Positions 19,449 through 29,316 of a stretch of 64,000 nt of DNA are shown here, piece after piece (position 1 is the stretch's first letter; each line of letters opens with the position of its first letter). The position numbers and the translations under genes were made by a program. Below the pieces are notes generated by a model that was not told the DNA's origin, made no database searches, and was given only the letters and a program-made list of their open reading frames with translations. Source of the stretch: an uncultured Holophaga sp. (GTDB taxonomy: Bacteria > Acidobacteriota > Holophagae > Holophagales > Holophagaceae). The stretch lies in the NCBI GenBank assembly GCA_963664825.1, contig OY761614.1, forward strand, positions 2,016,001-2,080,000, in the 5' to 3' direction.

Positions 19449-19818
19449 GGCCCTCTTCCTGGTGCTGGGCTGCGCGGTGATCAACTACGGCCTGCGCTCG
19501 GTGCCCTTTTTCACCAAGGCCATCCAGGAGATGCCGCCCTACCTGAAGCGCTGCCTCGCCTACATGCCCATCGCCGCCCTGGGCGCCCTGATCTTCCCGG
19601 GCATCTTCACGTCCTTCCCCGGCAAGCCCCTGGCGGGTCTGGCCGGTGTGGCCGCGGCGGCCATCGCCGCCTGGTTTGCCCGGGGCCTGGTCATTCCCGT
19701 CATCGCCTCCATCGCGGCCACCTGGTTGGTGCTCCAGTACGGATATGCCCCGTCCACCGCTCAGCAAGTCATCCAGGCGCCCACAGCCCAGCATGCCGTG
19801 GTGCGTCTGCAGCAGTAG
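19441..19818 (+). CDS. azlD: AzlD family membrane protein
   Basis: YGLRSVPF..YMPIAALGALIFP; overlaps the azlC stop. Confidence 0.82.
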   Translation: MHRALFLVLGCAVINYGLRSVPFFTKAIQEMPPYLKRCLAYMPIAALGALIFPGIFTSFPGKPLAGLAGVAAAAIAAWFARGLVIPVIASIAATWLVLQYGYAPSTAQQVIQAPTAQHAVVRLQQ

Positions 19819-19820
19819 GT

Positions 19821-20045
19821 TCAGCGCCTCACAAGCCGAGCGCCCCTGTGGTCATCGTCGCAGGTGAGGGTGAAATCCCCGTGGATCCCCTCGGTGGTCA
19901 CGAAGGGCGTCAGCAGGGAAGCGGGGAACTGAAGGGTCAGCCCATCGGGGCAGCGCGCGATCACCTGCTTGGCGCTGCCCCGGTAGTAGTCCAGGTATCT
20001 TCCCGGCGAGATGCTGAGATGGAATTCGTAGCGCTGCACGGCCAC
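19821..20045 (-). CDS. Small conserved protein, DUF2835-like
   Basis: FHLSIS..YLDYYRG.AKQV..G.TLQFPA..L.PFVT.EGIHG.F. Confidence 0.75.
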   Translation of the reverse strand: MAVQRYEFHLSISPGRYLDYYRGSAKQVIARCPDGLTLQFPASLLTPFVTTEGIHGDFTLTCDDDHRGARLVRR

Positions 20046-20986
20046 TAAGTCTGTCGTGGGAGGATTCCTGGGGTGTTGGAGCCCTTCAGCCCGCGGGTGT
20101 CCTGGGAGGCGGCCAGCAGATCGGTCAGCAGGCCGGGGTTGGCGGGGATCAGCGTGAGGCTGGCGCCCCCTTCCAGGAGGGCCTTGATCTCCAGGAGGGC
20201 GAAGAGGGCGGTGGCCACATCGGGATCCTGGGAGACCTGATCCAGGGCCGTGCCCACCACCTGAGGCCGCACGGCGCCAGCCTTGCCGAATTCCACGGCG
20301 GCCTGGCGCTCGGCGGTGCTGGCGATGATGTTCACCTGGTTGGTGCCGTCCTGCTTGATGGAGGAGGTCACCTGCCGCAGGCGATTCACCACCTTGCTCT
20401 CGATCTGGTGGATCATGTCCGCGTCCCGGAAATGCACCTTGCGGATGTAGATGGAACCCAGGCGGTAGCCCCAGTCGTGGGACTGCGGCGAGACCTCGTT
20501 GCGCACCGTCAGGCTCATGGTGTGGCGGTTGGAGAGCATATCGGCCAGGGGCATATTGCTCAGGCAGCGCACGGTGGAGTTGCTGACATTGGCGCTGAGG
20601 GAGCCCCGGGGGTCCGTGTTCTTGAAGAGGTAGGCCACGGGATCACTGATGTACATCTCGTACCAGATGCCGATGCCCATGGGGGCGCCTTCTTCCGAAT
20701 TCACGGGCTGGCTGCGGAGGTACTCCTGGTCCAGGCGCAGATCGATCTCGTAGCGCTTCCCGATCCAGTTGATGAAGAGGGCCCGGATGCCCATGCGAGT
20801 CCAGAGCGAGTGCAGCCCTGGCTCGTCGAGAGTGGCCGCCACCTTGCCAAAGAGCACGTATACGTAGCAGCGGCGCTCGGGGACGATGACGTAGACGCCG
20901 AACATCCGGATGAGCCCCAGCAGGATGGGCACCAGGATGAAGCAGGCGACGAAGGCGAGGAGGGCTGCACCCATGGTTCCCATCAC
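20045..20986 (-). CDS. SPFH/band 7 domain protein
   Basis: N-terminal TM helix, VYVLFGK..LDEPGLH and an SPFH core followed by a coiled coil. Confidence 0.8.
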   Translation of the reverse strand: MMGTMGAALLAFVACFILVPILLGLIRMFGVYVIVPERRCYVYVLFGKVAATLDEPGLHSLWTRMGIRALFINWIGKRYEIDLRLDQEYLRSQPVNSEEGAPMGIGIWYEMYISDPVAYLFKNTDPRGSLSANVSNSTVRCLSNMPLADMLSNRHTMSLTVRNEVSPQSHDWGYRLGSIYIRKVHFRDADMIHQIESKVVNRLRQVTSSIKQDGTNQVNIIASTAERQAAVEFGKAGAVRPQVVGTALDQVSQDPDVATALFALLEIKALLEGGASLTLIPANPGLLTDLLAASQDTRGLKGSNTPGILPRQT

Positions 20987-21969
20987 TTCACCTCCATGAC
21001 GACGCGGGCCGCCTGGCTATAGAGCCCCAGGCGCACGTTGCGGACGTAGGCCTCCAGGGCGCCCTTGCCGCCCCGGGCCTTGAGCTCGGAGAGCTGGCCG
21101 GCCAGGAGGGTGAGGGGCTCGACTTCGGCCTGGGCCTTGAGGGTCTCGATCTCCACGGCCCGGCGGGACTGGACGATCTTCTGATCCGCGGAGGCCTGGG
21201 CCAGGCTGATATCGGAGGACACCTGGTTGTGGGCCGTGTTGATGGCGGCCAGAGCCGATTCCACCTCGGGGGGCGGATCGATGGAGGTGATGAGGGAGGC
21301 GTCCAGGTGGATGCCGTAGCGCGCCGCGGAGCAGGCGCATTCCTTGTCCATGTGCTCGTTGATATCCCGCAGATTCTTGCGCAGATCATTGATGGAGATG
21401 CCCGTCTGCACCGCGGGAGTCCCGTCGGCAGCGGCGGGAGCCTCGAAATTGGCGATGCGCTCCCGCAGCACGGAGACGAAGTAGCCCATGATGTGGGCGA
21501 TGGGGCGCTTCACGCCGAAGATGTAGGCATAGAGGTTCCGCTCGCTGACCTTGAAGCGGATCTGGCCCGAGAGGCCCGTATTGAGTTGGTCCTTGGTGAC
21601 GGCGTCCAGGATCGTGCCGCTGGCGTTGGCGCTCGGGGAGGTGGGATCCATGGCCATGCTCACGGTCTCGGTCGAGATGGAGACCTTGTAGACCTTCTCC
21701 CAGGGCCACTTGAAGTAGGGCCCTCCCGGCTGGATCACCCGCACTTGGGGGCAGGTGTAGCGCCGCTTCTCCTCCTCGTTGAGCATGGCGGAGATGGGAT
21801 CATCGGCCGTGGTGGCCTCTCCGAGGCGTTCGGCCCGGCCGAAGGAGGTCTTCACCGCCCGCTCGTTCTGGTTCACCGTGAAGAAGCCCGAAAGCACACA
21901 GCGCACCACGAACCAGGCGAAGAGACCGATCATGCATCCGAAGAACACATCGGGCGAAAGGGTGGGCAT
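20983..21969 (-). CDS. SPFH/band 7 domain protein
   Basis: N-terminal TM helix, TVNQNERAVKTSFG, TKDQL, YGI..ITSIDPP and Ala/Glu coiled coil. Confidence 0.82.
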   Translation of the reverse strand: MPTLSPDVFFGCMIGLFAWFVVRCVLSGFFTVNQNERAVKTSFGRAERLGEATTADDPISAMLNEEEKRRYTCPQVRVIQPGGPYFKWPWEKVYKVSISTETVSMAMDPTSPSANASGTILDAVTKDQLNTGLSGQIRFKVSERNLYAYIFGVKRPIAHIMGYFVSVLRERIANFEAPAAADGTPAVQTGISINDLRKNLRDINEHMDKECACSAARYGIHLDASLITSIDPPPEVESALAAINTAHNQVSSDISLAQASADQKIVQSRRAVEIETLKAQAEVEPLTLLAGQLSELKARGGKGALEAYVRNVRLGLYSQAARVVMEVK

Positions 21970-22167
21970 GCCATCACCTCTTGAGACGCAACCCCGCTAT
22001 CAGGGAACAAGGGATGATTATGGCAGGTTGGTCCCCCGCGATCCGGGTTTGGCTTCTGAAGAAAGGGTTGGCTCTTCGCTGAATGACACTGTCCTTCTGG
22101 ACAGCACCGTACGTGAGCACATTCCATGGATGAAATGCCAGGGTGGAATCCCGAAATTCCCTCAGGG

Positions 22168-23175
22168 TCAGCGCAGTTCAGCCAGGGCCTTGGACCAGGC
22201 CAATACTTCAGGGCCAGGCTTGGGTAGTTCCGGGATGTGCGCAGTGGCTTCCATGTAGCGTCGGATCAGAGAAGCTGGGCCCTCACGGAGGCTGGCCTTC
22301 AAGCCCTCCGCTCCTTGAGCCTTTTCCACTCCGAAGGCGAAGAGCATTCCGGAGATGGCGGCGTATTTGGACCAGAAAGGGCCCTGGTTGGCGTTGAGCA
22401 GCAATTCGGAGGTGGCCTTTCCTTCCCGGATGGAGACGAGGGCTGCCTCTAGGTCCTTGAGGGCCTTTTCTCCCCTTCCGGCGGGGAAGCCCTTGGCTCG
22501 GAGATCGACTTGGTCTGCCAGGAAGTGGGCTATGCCTTCATCCTGCGTCGTGAGGAGGAGGGATTCGATGGGTTTCAAGGCCGAATCGGGTTTGTGGCGC
22601 GGGTCCTGTTCCCGCATGGTGCCGTAGTAGACATGGAAGATTTCGTGGCGGAGGACATTTAGGGCTCCGGTTGCCTGGTCATCCGGAGTCTTGCCATAGG
22701 CAGGACCGGCCACGAGGCAGGCGTTCAACAGAATCACCAGCCGACCCCTCTCATCCTCCACTTGGCTGCCATCCTGGACCTTGAAGCGTCGGACATACAT
22801 GTCACCCCAGATGGGGAATCCGTTGGCCACCACTTTGACCTCGGCCATTACGCCGGGAAGCGGGGGGAAGAGGGGTGCCAATTCCGTGTCCAGGTGGGTG
22901 GGGTCGGCCCTGCGAAGGGCCTTTACGAAAGCTTCCACATGCGAGGGGCTCGGGGGGGGCGGGAGATTCGAGATCAGGTCGCCGAAGGAACCCCAGCTCG
23001 CCTCGGCCATCTGGCCGCCCTCCGTGGCGGCACTGGCCGCCTCCCAGGAGGCTGGCCGTTGCGGGGCCACCTGGGCCCGGGCGATCCAGGCCTTGATGCC
23101 TCGGTAATCCACGCGAACCTGGGCGGCGAGGGGGGTAAGAATCATAAGGAGCAGAAAGGGACTGACGAGGCGCAT
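22168..23175 (-). CDS. Secreted putative zinc-dependent peptidase
   Basis: Signal peptide MRLVSPFLLL..AAQ, HEIFH motif and downstream DEGIA. Confidence 0.65.
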   Translation of the reverse strand: MRLVSPFLLLMILTPLAAQVRVDYRGIKAWIARAQVAPQRPASWEAASAATEGGQMAEASWGSFGDLISNLPPPPSPSHVEAFVKALRRADPTHLDTELAPLFPPLPGVMAEVKVVANGFPIWGDMYVRRFKVQDGSQVEDERGRLVILLNACLVAGPAYGKTPDDQATGALNVLRHEIFHVYYGTMREQDPRHKPDSALKPIESLLLTTQDEGIAHFLADQVDLRAKGFPAGRGEKALKDLEAALVSIREGKATSELLLNANQGPFWSKYAAISGMLFAFGVEKAQGAEGLKASLREGPASLIRRYMEATAHIPELPKPGPEVLAWSKALAELR

Positions 23176-23303
23176 GCCGATAGTTTGGCACGGCATACCT
23201 GCCTGGTCGCTACAGCGCTGCCGCCGAACCGCACTGGTTTCTTGGCTGGAGGCTCTACCAAACAGAATCGCGAAGAGCCCATTCTTTTGATGGCGGCTCG
23301 GGT

Positions 23304-24143
23304 TCAGTATTCCGCGGGCAGCTCGTTGAGCTGGGCCATGGTGTAGACGGGGCCATCCTTGCAGACATAGCTGCTGCCCGTGTTGCAGCGCCCGCACTTG
23401 CCCAGGCCGCACTTCATGCGGTTCTCCAGCGTCGTGAAGATCTGATCCGGGGCGAAGCCGAGTTTTTGCAATACGGGCAGTGTGAGCTTGATCATGATGG
23501 GCGGGCCACAGACGATGGCGATGGTGTTCTCCGGTGAAAGGCCCAGGGCCTCCACCACCGGCGGCACGAAACCCACCTGGCCCTTCCATTCCGGCGTCTC
23601 GCCCCCGGGATCCACGGTGGTGACGAGCTTCATATCGGGGCGTTCGCCCCATTCCTTCAGCTCGGCCTTGTAGACCAGATCGGCCACGGAGCGGGCGCCG
23701 TAGACTACCGTGATGTCCTTGAACCAATCCCTCTGGTCCAGGCAGTTCCAGATGACGCTGCGCAGGGGGGGCAGGGCGATGCCCCCGGCGATGAAGACCA
23801 GGTTCCTGCCCTTCCAATCCTCGATGGGGAACACGTTGCCGTAGGGGCCGCGGAAGCCCACGATATCGCCCACCTCCTTGTCGGCGAGAGAGGCCGTCAC
23901 GCGGCCCGCCTCCCGGAAGGTGCATTCGATGTAGCCCTTGCGTGTGGGGCTGCTCGCAATACAGAACGTACTCTCCCCCTCGCCGAAGGCGCTGTAGAGG
24001 CCAAACTGGCCGGTCCTGAAGCTGAAGGCCTGGGCCTGCACCTCGTCCACGAATTCCAGGCGGAAGGTCTTCACGCCGGGGGCCTCGTCGGTGATCTTGG
24101 CGATCCGCATCAGGTAGGGCAGGTAGATGTTGGGTTCGCTCAT
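23304..24143 (-). CDS. flxA: FAD/NAD(P)-binding subunit of Flx-Hdr (hydrogenase-gamma/AsrB-like)
   Basis: RGPYGN, AGGIAL, CGPPIM and MKCGLGKCGRC..VCKDGPV. Confidence 0.85.
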   Translation of the reverse strand: MSEPNIYLPYLMRIAKITDEAPGVKTFRLEFVDEVQAQAFSFRTGQFGLYSAFGEGESTFCIASSPTRKGYIECTFREAGRVTASLADKEVGDIVGFRGPYGNVFPIEDWKGRNLVFIAGGIALPPLRSVIWNCLDQRDWFKDITVVYGARSVADLVYKAELKEWGERPDMKLVTTVDPGGETPEWKGQVGFVPPVVEALGLSPENTIAIVCGPPIMIKLTLPVLQKLGFAPDQIFTTLENRMKCGLGKCGRCNTGSSYVCKDGPVYTMAQLNELPAEY

Positions 24144-25153
24144 GCCTTCACCTCCGCGGCTTCCATCAGATGCTCCTTCAGGTTCATGTCCACGGGGCAG
24201 GCCCTCGTGCACTTGCCGCAGCCCACGCAGCCCAGCATCTGGTAGCGCTCGGGGTAGGTGCTGAACTTGTGGTAGATGCGCTGGCGCCAACGGGCTCCCT
24301 GGTCTGGGCGGGGATTGTGGCCCGAGGCGTGCAAGGTGAACATGGAGAATCCGCAGCTATCCCAGCAGCGCAGGCGCTGGCCATGCTTGGGGTCGGCCTC
24401 CTCCTGCACATCGAAACAGACACAGGTGGGACATACGAAGGCGCAGGCGCCGCAACCGATGCAGCGCAGGGCCTGGTCATTCCACAACTCGCTCTCGAAC
24501 ATCCCGGGCAGCTTGGCCGTCAGCGCGGGCTGGTCGAAGGCCGACTCCAGCTTCACCGTGAAAGCGGCCTTGTCGATGCCTTCGCAGGGGGTGAAGAGCT
24601 CCGGCGCCAGGGCCTGGATGGCCTGGCCCTTTTCCGTCAGGACCTCGGCCAGGAAGCCGCCCTCCGTGGGCGTCAGGAGGATATCGCTCCCCTTCGTGTC
24701 GGTGGGGCCTCCCCCCACGCTCGTGCAGAAGCAGGCCGCGTCGGCCTTGGTGCAGCTCAGGCCGATCACGGCCATCTGCTCCATGCGCGCATTGAAGAAC
24801 CTGTCCCGGGTATCCCAGTTGAAGACCGCGTCGAGAGCCGCGAAGGCTTTGGCCTCGCAGGGGCGCACGCCGAAGAGCACGGTGGGACGAGCATTGGGCT
24901 CGGCATCATGGAGCGCCACCTGGCCGGGCGTCGTCTCATAGGTGAGCAGGCGCTCCACCTTGGGAAAGGCGATCTCCTTGGCCGAAAGGATGGTCTGGAT
25001 GTAGTCCTGGGCCACCTGCTGAGGACGTTCGACCTCGCTGAGTTCCGTGCGGCCATCGGCGTCCACGGGGGCCAGCACCCGGCGGCCATCCTTCCTCAGG
25101 GCCTCGAAGAGGGCGTCCAGCGCTTCCAACGTGAGTTTGTATGTCTCTGCCAT
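24140..25153 (-). CDS. flxB: 4Fe-4S dicluster subunit (AsrA/hydrogenase-beta-like)
   Basis: GVRPCE, CFCTS, CIGCGAC..CPTCVCF, WDSC and CVGCGKC. Confidence 0.82.
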   Translation of the reverse strand: MAETYKLTLEALDALFEALRKDGRRVLAPVDADGRTELSEVERPQQVAQDYIQTILSAKEIAFPKVERLLTYETTPGQVALHDAEPNARPTVLFGVRPCEAKAFAALDAVFNWDTRDRFFNARMEQMAVIGLSCTKADAACFCTSVGGGPTDTKGSDILLTPTEGGFLAEVLTEKGQAIQALAPELFTPCEGIDKAAFTVKLESAFDQPALTAKLPGMFESELWNDQALRCIGCGACAFVCPTCVCFDVQEEADPKHGQRLRCWDSCGFSMFTLHASGHNPRPDQGARWRQRIYHKFSTYPERYQMLGCVGCGKCTRACPVDMNLKEHLMEAAEVKA

Positions 25154-25159
25154 GGCCGC

Positions 25160-25960
25160 CTACCGGATGAAGGTCTCTTTGTCGTCGGGCTTGAAGGTGG
25201 AGAGGGCGTAGTCCAGCTTGGCGCTATGGCCAGCCCGAGCCCCGAACTGCCGGGCCGTGCTCTCTTCCGCGAAAAAGGTCAGCAGGTGGATGGGAATGCC
25301 CACGGGGCAGGCCCTGCCGCATTCGCCGCACTCCACGCAGCGCCCCGCCAGGTGCATGGCCCGCACCATGTGGTATTCCAGGTTGCCGAGGGCGTGGCTG
25401 GCCACGGGCACCCACTGGGGGCGGTTGCAGTCCATGGTGCAGTGCTCGCAGTAGCACATGGGGCAGCTGCTGCGACAGGCATAGCACTTCACGCAGCGGG
25501 AGAGTTCCTGCTGCCAAAAGGCCCAGCGCTCCCCGCGGCTCATGGCCTGGAGCTTTCCGATGAGGGCCTTGTCCTCTGGATGCATGACATCGGTCTTGAG
25601 CGCGAGATGTTCCTCGATGGCCGCGCCGCTGGAGAGCGTCTTCAGGGCGCTGCCCTCCAGGGCGAGGGCGATCACGTCGCCATCCCGCAGTTGGCGCTCG
25701 GCCATGAGTTGGAGGATCGCCCGCAGGGTGCAGGGAAGGGCCACCACGGCCAGCTTCCCGAGGCGCTTCACCTCGTGCTTCGTCAGATAGGTGGCTAGGT
25801 TCTGCGTGCAGGCTTCATCCAGCACCAGGCGCTCCGCTTGTTCGGGCGTGCGTGCGAAGTGGGGCCTCCGGGCATCGGCTGTGCCGATGGCGTAGCCCAG
25901 CACGACCTTTACATCGCCCGATTGGAGGAGCTCCATGGCCTTCTGTTTCAGGGCTTCCAT
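25160..25960 (-). CDS. flxC: 4Fe-4S subunit of Flx-Hdr
   Basis: CVKCYACRSSCPMCYC and RAMHLAGRCVECGEC. Confidence 0.8.
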   Translation of the reverse strand: MEALKQKAMELLQSGDVKVVLGYAIGTADARRPHFARTPEQAERLVLDEACTQNLATYLTKHEVKRLGKLAVVALPCTLRAILQLMAERQLRDGDVIALALEGSALKTLSSGAAIEEHLALKTDVMHPEDKALIGKLQAMSRGERWAFWQQELSRCVKCYACRSSCPMCYCEHCTMDCNRPQWVPVASHALGNLEYHMVRAMHLAGRCVECGECGRACPVGIPIHLLTFFAEESTARQFGARAGHSAKLDYALSTFKPDDKETFIR

Positions 25961-25970
25961 GTGGGTCTCC

Positions 25971-26408
25971 TCATTCGACGCCGGTGCTGGCGAGCTGTTT
26001 GTATTCGGCGTAGGGTCCCAGCTTGCGCACGCCATCGGTCACTTCATTGACTAGCTGGGCCCAGCGGGCGCCTTCGGCGGCCGAGACCCAGGAGAACGTC
26101 ACGCGGCTCGTATCGACTCCCATGAAATCCAGGAGATCGCGGAACACCATCCAGCGCCGCCTCGCGTGGTAGTTGCCCGAGGTGTAGTGACAGTCGTTGG
26201 GGTGGCACCCGCTGACGATGACCCCGTCGCTGCCGCGCTGGAAGGCCTTCAGGAGCAGCATGAAATCGATGCGCCCGGTGCAGGGCACCCGCAGCACGCG
26301 CACGTTGCTTTGGTACTTGATGCGCGAGGTGCCCGTCAGGTCGGCGCCTGCGTAGGTGCACCAGTTGCAGACGAAGGCTGTGATCTTGGGCTCGAAAATC
26401 TCGGTCAT
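25971..26408 (-). CDS. flxD: MvhD-like 2Fe-2S subunit
   Basis: CNWCTYAGAD, PCTGR, GCHPNDCHY and WVSAAEG. Confidence 0.9.
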   Translation of the reverse strand: MTEIFEPKITAFVCNWCTYAGADLTGTSRIKYQSNVRVLRVPCTGRIDFMLLLKAFQRGSDGVIVSGCHPNDCHYTSGNYHARRRWMVFRDLLDFMGVDTSRVTFSWVSAAEGARWAQLVNEVTDGVRKLGPYAEYKQLASTGVE

Positions 26409-26445
26409 GCCTCTCCTCTCCAACATGAAAAACACGCAGTGTTTT

Positions 26446-28437
26446 TCATAGCGTCATGATCTCGGCGTAGAGCTGCTCGTTGCTGAAGCCCTGGAGATCG
26501 ATGGCCTTGGTGCGGCAGGTGGCCACGCAGGTGCCGCAGCCCTGGCAGAGGCCCGGGTTGACCTTGGCCAGGGTCTTGATGACATTGCCGGCCCGGTCCT
26601 TGATCTCCTCCTGCTCGATGGCCTGGTAGGGACAGGCGCTCTGGCAGAGGAAACATCCCACGCAATAACTGAAGACCGGCGCAGGCTGGCGGTTCACCAC
26701 GGCCACGACGGGTTCGCGCGTGAGCTGGTCCTGGCTGAAGAGGCCCAGCACTTTCGAGGCCGCGGCGCTGGCCTGGGCCACGCTCTCGGGGATATCCCGG
26801 GGCGCCTGGCAGGCTCCGGCCAGGAAGATCCCGCCGGTGTTGGTCTCCACGGGGCGCAGCTTGGGGTGGGCCTCGGCGAAGAATCCGTAGCTGTCATAGC
26901 TCACATGGAGGGTCTGGGCCAGTTCCTCGCTGCGGTCGTTGGACTGGATGGCCGTGGCCAGCACCACCATATCGGCCTTGATCTCCACGGGCTCTCCGCC
27001 CATGAGGGTATCGGCGCCCTTCACGATGAGTTGGCCGTCCTCTTCGAAGATCCTGGAGACGCGGCCCCGGATGTATTTGACGTCGTCTTCCTCGATAGCG
27101 CGTCGCACGAATTCGTCGTAGTCCTTGCCCGCGGCGCGGATATCCATGTAGAAGACGTAGGCCTTGCCGCCGTGCACCTTGTGCTTGTAGAGCATGGCGT
27201 GCTTGGCGGTATACATGCAGCAGACCTTGGAGCAGTAGGGCACGCCCTTGCTGCGGTCGCGGGATCCGGAGCAGGCGATGAAGACAACGGTCTGGGGCTC
27301 CTTGCCGTCCGAGGGCCGCTTCATCACGCCCGAAGTGGGGCCGCTGGCCGAGGCCAGGCGCTCGAACTGCATGCCGTCGATGATGTCCCTGTGCTTGCCG
27401 TAGCCGTATTCGGGGAAGGCTGTGGTCTTCATGACCTTGAAACCCGTGGCCAGCACGATGGCGCCGATGTCCAGGGTGACGAGCGTGTCCTCCTGGTCGT
27501 AGCGGATGGCCTGGGTGGGGCAGACCTTGGCGCAGAGCCCGCATTTGCCGGTCTTGAAGAAGGTGCAGTTCACGGTATCGATGACGGGCTTGTTGGGCAC
27601 GGCCTGGGGGAAGGGCACGAATATGGCCGTGCGGGAGCCCAGGCCCTCGTTGAACTCATCACTGATCTTCTTGTTGGGGCACTTCTGAATGCAGAGCCCG
27701 CATCCGGTGCAGAGCTTCTCATCGAGCTTGCGGGCCTTCTTGCGGACAGTCACCTTGAAGTTGCCGATGAAGCCATCGACCTTCTCCACTTCGCTGTAGG
27801 TCATCAGCGTGATATTGGGGTGCTGGGCGGCCTCCACCATGCGGGGCGTGAGGATGCACTGGGAGCAATCGAGGGTGGGGAAGGTCTCCGAGAGCTGGCT
27901 CATGTGGCCGCCGATGCTCGGGGATTTCTCCACCAGGATCACCTTGTGGCCGCCATTGGCGATATCCAGCGCCGTCTGGATGCCGGCCACGCCGCCGCCG
28001 ATGACCATGGCCGTCTTCGTGACGGGCACCTTGATGGGGAAGAGGGGCTGGTTGTGCTTGATCTTCTCCACCAGCACGCGGATGAGATCGGCGGCCTTCT
28101 GGGTGGTGGCCTCGCCCTTCTCATGCACCCAGGAGCAGTGCTCCCGCAGATTGGCCATCTCGCACATGTAGGGGTTCACGCCCGCCTCGCTCACCGCACG
28201 GCGGAAGGTGGCCTCGTGCATGCGCGGTGAACAGGCCGCCACCACCACGCCATCCAGCTTCTGCTCGCGGATGGCCTCCTGGATCATGCGCTGACCGGGG
28301 TCCGAGCACATGTACTTGTAGTCCACGCTGTGGGCCACGCCGGGCACGGACTTGCACATCTCCGCGACCTTGGCGCAGTCCACGGTGGCTCCGATGTTCT
28401 CGCCGCAGTGGCAGATGAATACGCCGATTCGAGACAT
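26446..28437 (-). CDS. hdrA: Heterodisulfide reductase subunit A
   Basis: RIGVFICHCGENI, ACSPRMHE, IGGGVAG, FPTLDC and YCSKVCCMY. Confidence 0.95.
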   Translation of the reverse strand: MSRIGVFICHCGENIGATVDCAKVAEMCKSVPGVAHSVDYKYMCSDPGQRMIQEAIREQKLDGVVVAACSPRMHEATFRRAVSEAGVNPYMCEMANLREHCSWVHEKGEATTQKAADLIRVLVEKIKHNQPLFPIKVPVTKTAMVIGGGVAGIQTALDIANGGHKVILVEKSPSIGGHMSQLSETFPTLDCSQCILTPRMVEAAQHPNITLMTYSEVEKVDGFIGNFKVTVRKKARKLDEKLCTGCGLCIQKCPNKKISDEFNEGLGSRTAIFVPFPQAVPNKPVIDTVNCTFFKTGKCGLCAKVCPTQAIRYDQEDTLVTLDIGAIVLATGFKVMKTTAFPEYGYGKHRDIIDGMQFERLASASGPTSGVMKRPSDGKEPQTVVFIACSGSRDRSKGVPYCSKVCCMYTAKHAMLYKHKVHGGKAYVFYMDIRAAGKDYDEFVRRAIEEDDVKYIRGRVSRIFEEDGQLIVKGADTLMGGEPVEIKADMVVLATAIQSNDRSEELAQTLHVSYDSYGFFAEAHPKLRPVETNTGGIFLAGACQAPRDIPESVAQASAAASKVLGLFSQDQLTREPVVAVVNRQPAPVFSYCVGCFLCQSACPYQAIEQEEIKDRAGNVIKTLAKVNPGLCQGCGTCVATCRTKAIDLQGFSNEQLYAEIMTL

Positions 28438-28446
28438 CGTTCCTCC

Positions 28447-29316
28447 TCAGACCCGGGCGCCCGCGGCGGCGGTCGGCTTGAATTCCACGGGCACCATGTG
28501 GCGCTGGAGGCCCAGGGTTCCGGGTTCCATTCCCAGGGCCAGTCCGATCACCTGTGTGATGAACAGGACGGGGATCGTCTGTGCCTGGCCCAGGTGCTCG
28601 TTGATCGCCCCCCGGCGCAGATCCAGGTTCGAATGGCACATGGGGCAGGCCACGACGATGGCTTCGGCCCCGCGCTTCACGGCGTCCTGCACCACCCGGC
28701 CGCTGAGCTTGGCCACGATATCGGTGCGCGTGACGCTGAAGGCCGCGCCGCAGCATTCGGTCTTGGAGGGCCACTCCACGGGGGTCGCGCCCACGGAAGC
28801 CACCAGTTCATCCATGCTGCGGGGATCCTCGGGGCGGTCGAAGCGGACCACCCGAGGGGGGCGCACCAGCAGGCAGCCGTAGTAGCTGGCCACGCGTTTC
28901 GTGAAGGGCGTGAGGGTCTGGGCGGTGATCTCTTCCTTGAGGCGGCTCAGCACTTCCAGGATATTGACGATTTTCGCCGTGCCCTTGTAGGGCATCCCGA
29001 TGGCCTTTTCCAGCTCCGGGAGCTTCTCGGGGTGCTGTTCCAGTTCCTGCTGGACCGAGAGCAGGCGGTTGGAGCAGGCGGCACAGGGGGCCAGGATCTC
29101 CGTGAGACCGGCCTGCTCGGCTAGGGCTAGGATGCGGGCCGGGAGCGCCAGCGAAAGTTCGTGGTTCAGCACATGGGCGCTGCTGGCGCCGCAGCAGTTC
29201 CAGTCGGGCACTTCCACCAGTTCCACGCCCAGGGCCTCCAGCACGGCCCGTGTGGATTCGTCGAATTCCCTGGAGGAACCCAGGAGTGAACAGCCGGGAT
29301 AGTAGCCGATTTTCAT
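28447..29316 (-). CDS. hdrB: Heterodisulfide reductase subunit B
   Basis: YYPGC, NCCGA, YYGC, ECCGA and ACPMCH (CCG domains). Confidence 0.93.
   Translation of the reverse strand: MKIGYYPGCSLLGSSREFDESTRAVLEALGVELVEVPDWNCCGASSAHVLNHELSLALPARILALAEQAGLTEILAPCAACSNRLLSVQQELEQHPEKLPELEKAIGMPYKGTAKIVNILEVLSRLKEEITAQTLTPFTKRVASYYGCLLVRPPRVVRFDRPEDPRSMDELVASVGATPVEWPSKTECCGAAFSVTRTDIVAKLSGRVVQDAVKRGAEAIVVACPMCHSNLDLRRGAINEHLGQAQTIPVLFITQVIGLALGMEPGTLGLQRHMVPVEFKPTAAAGARV

Noticed and set aside
22168..23925. 585-aa ORF-track call, and similar 5'-extended calls for nuoA, nuoE, hdrB, hdrC, yqhD and the S9 peptidase
   Set aside because: The extensions overlap neighbouring genes or promoter regions. 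Starts were reassigned to downstream ATGs where the family sequence or signal peptide begins.
25971..28437. Selenocysteine recoding in HdrA or MvhD-like FlxD
   Set aside because: Both frames are uninterrupted and use Cys at the relevant motifs.
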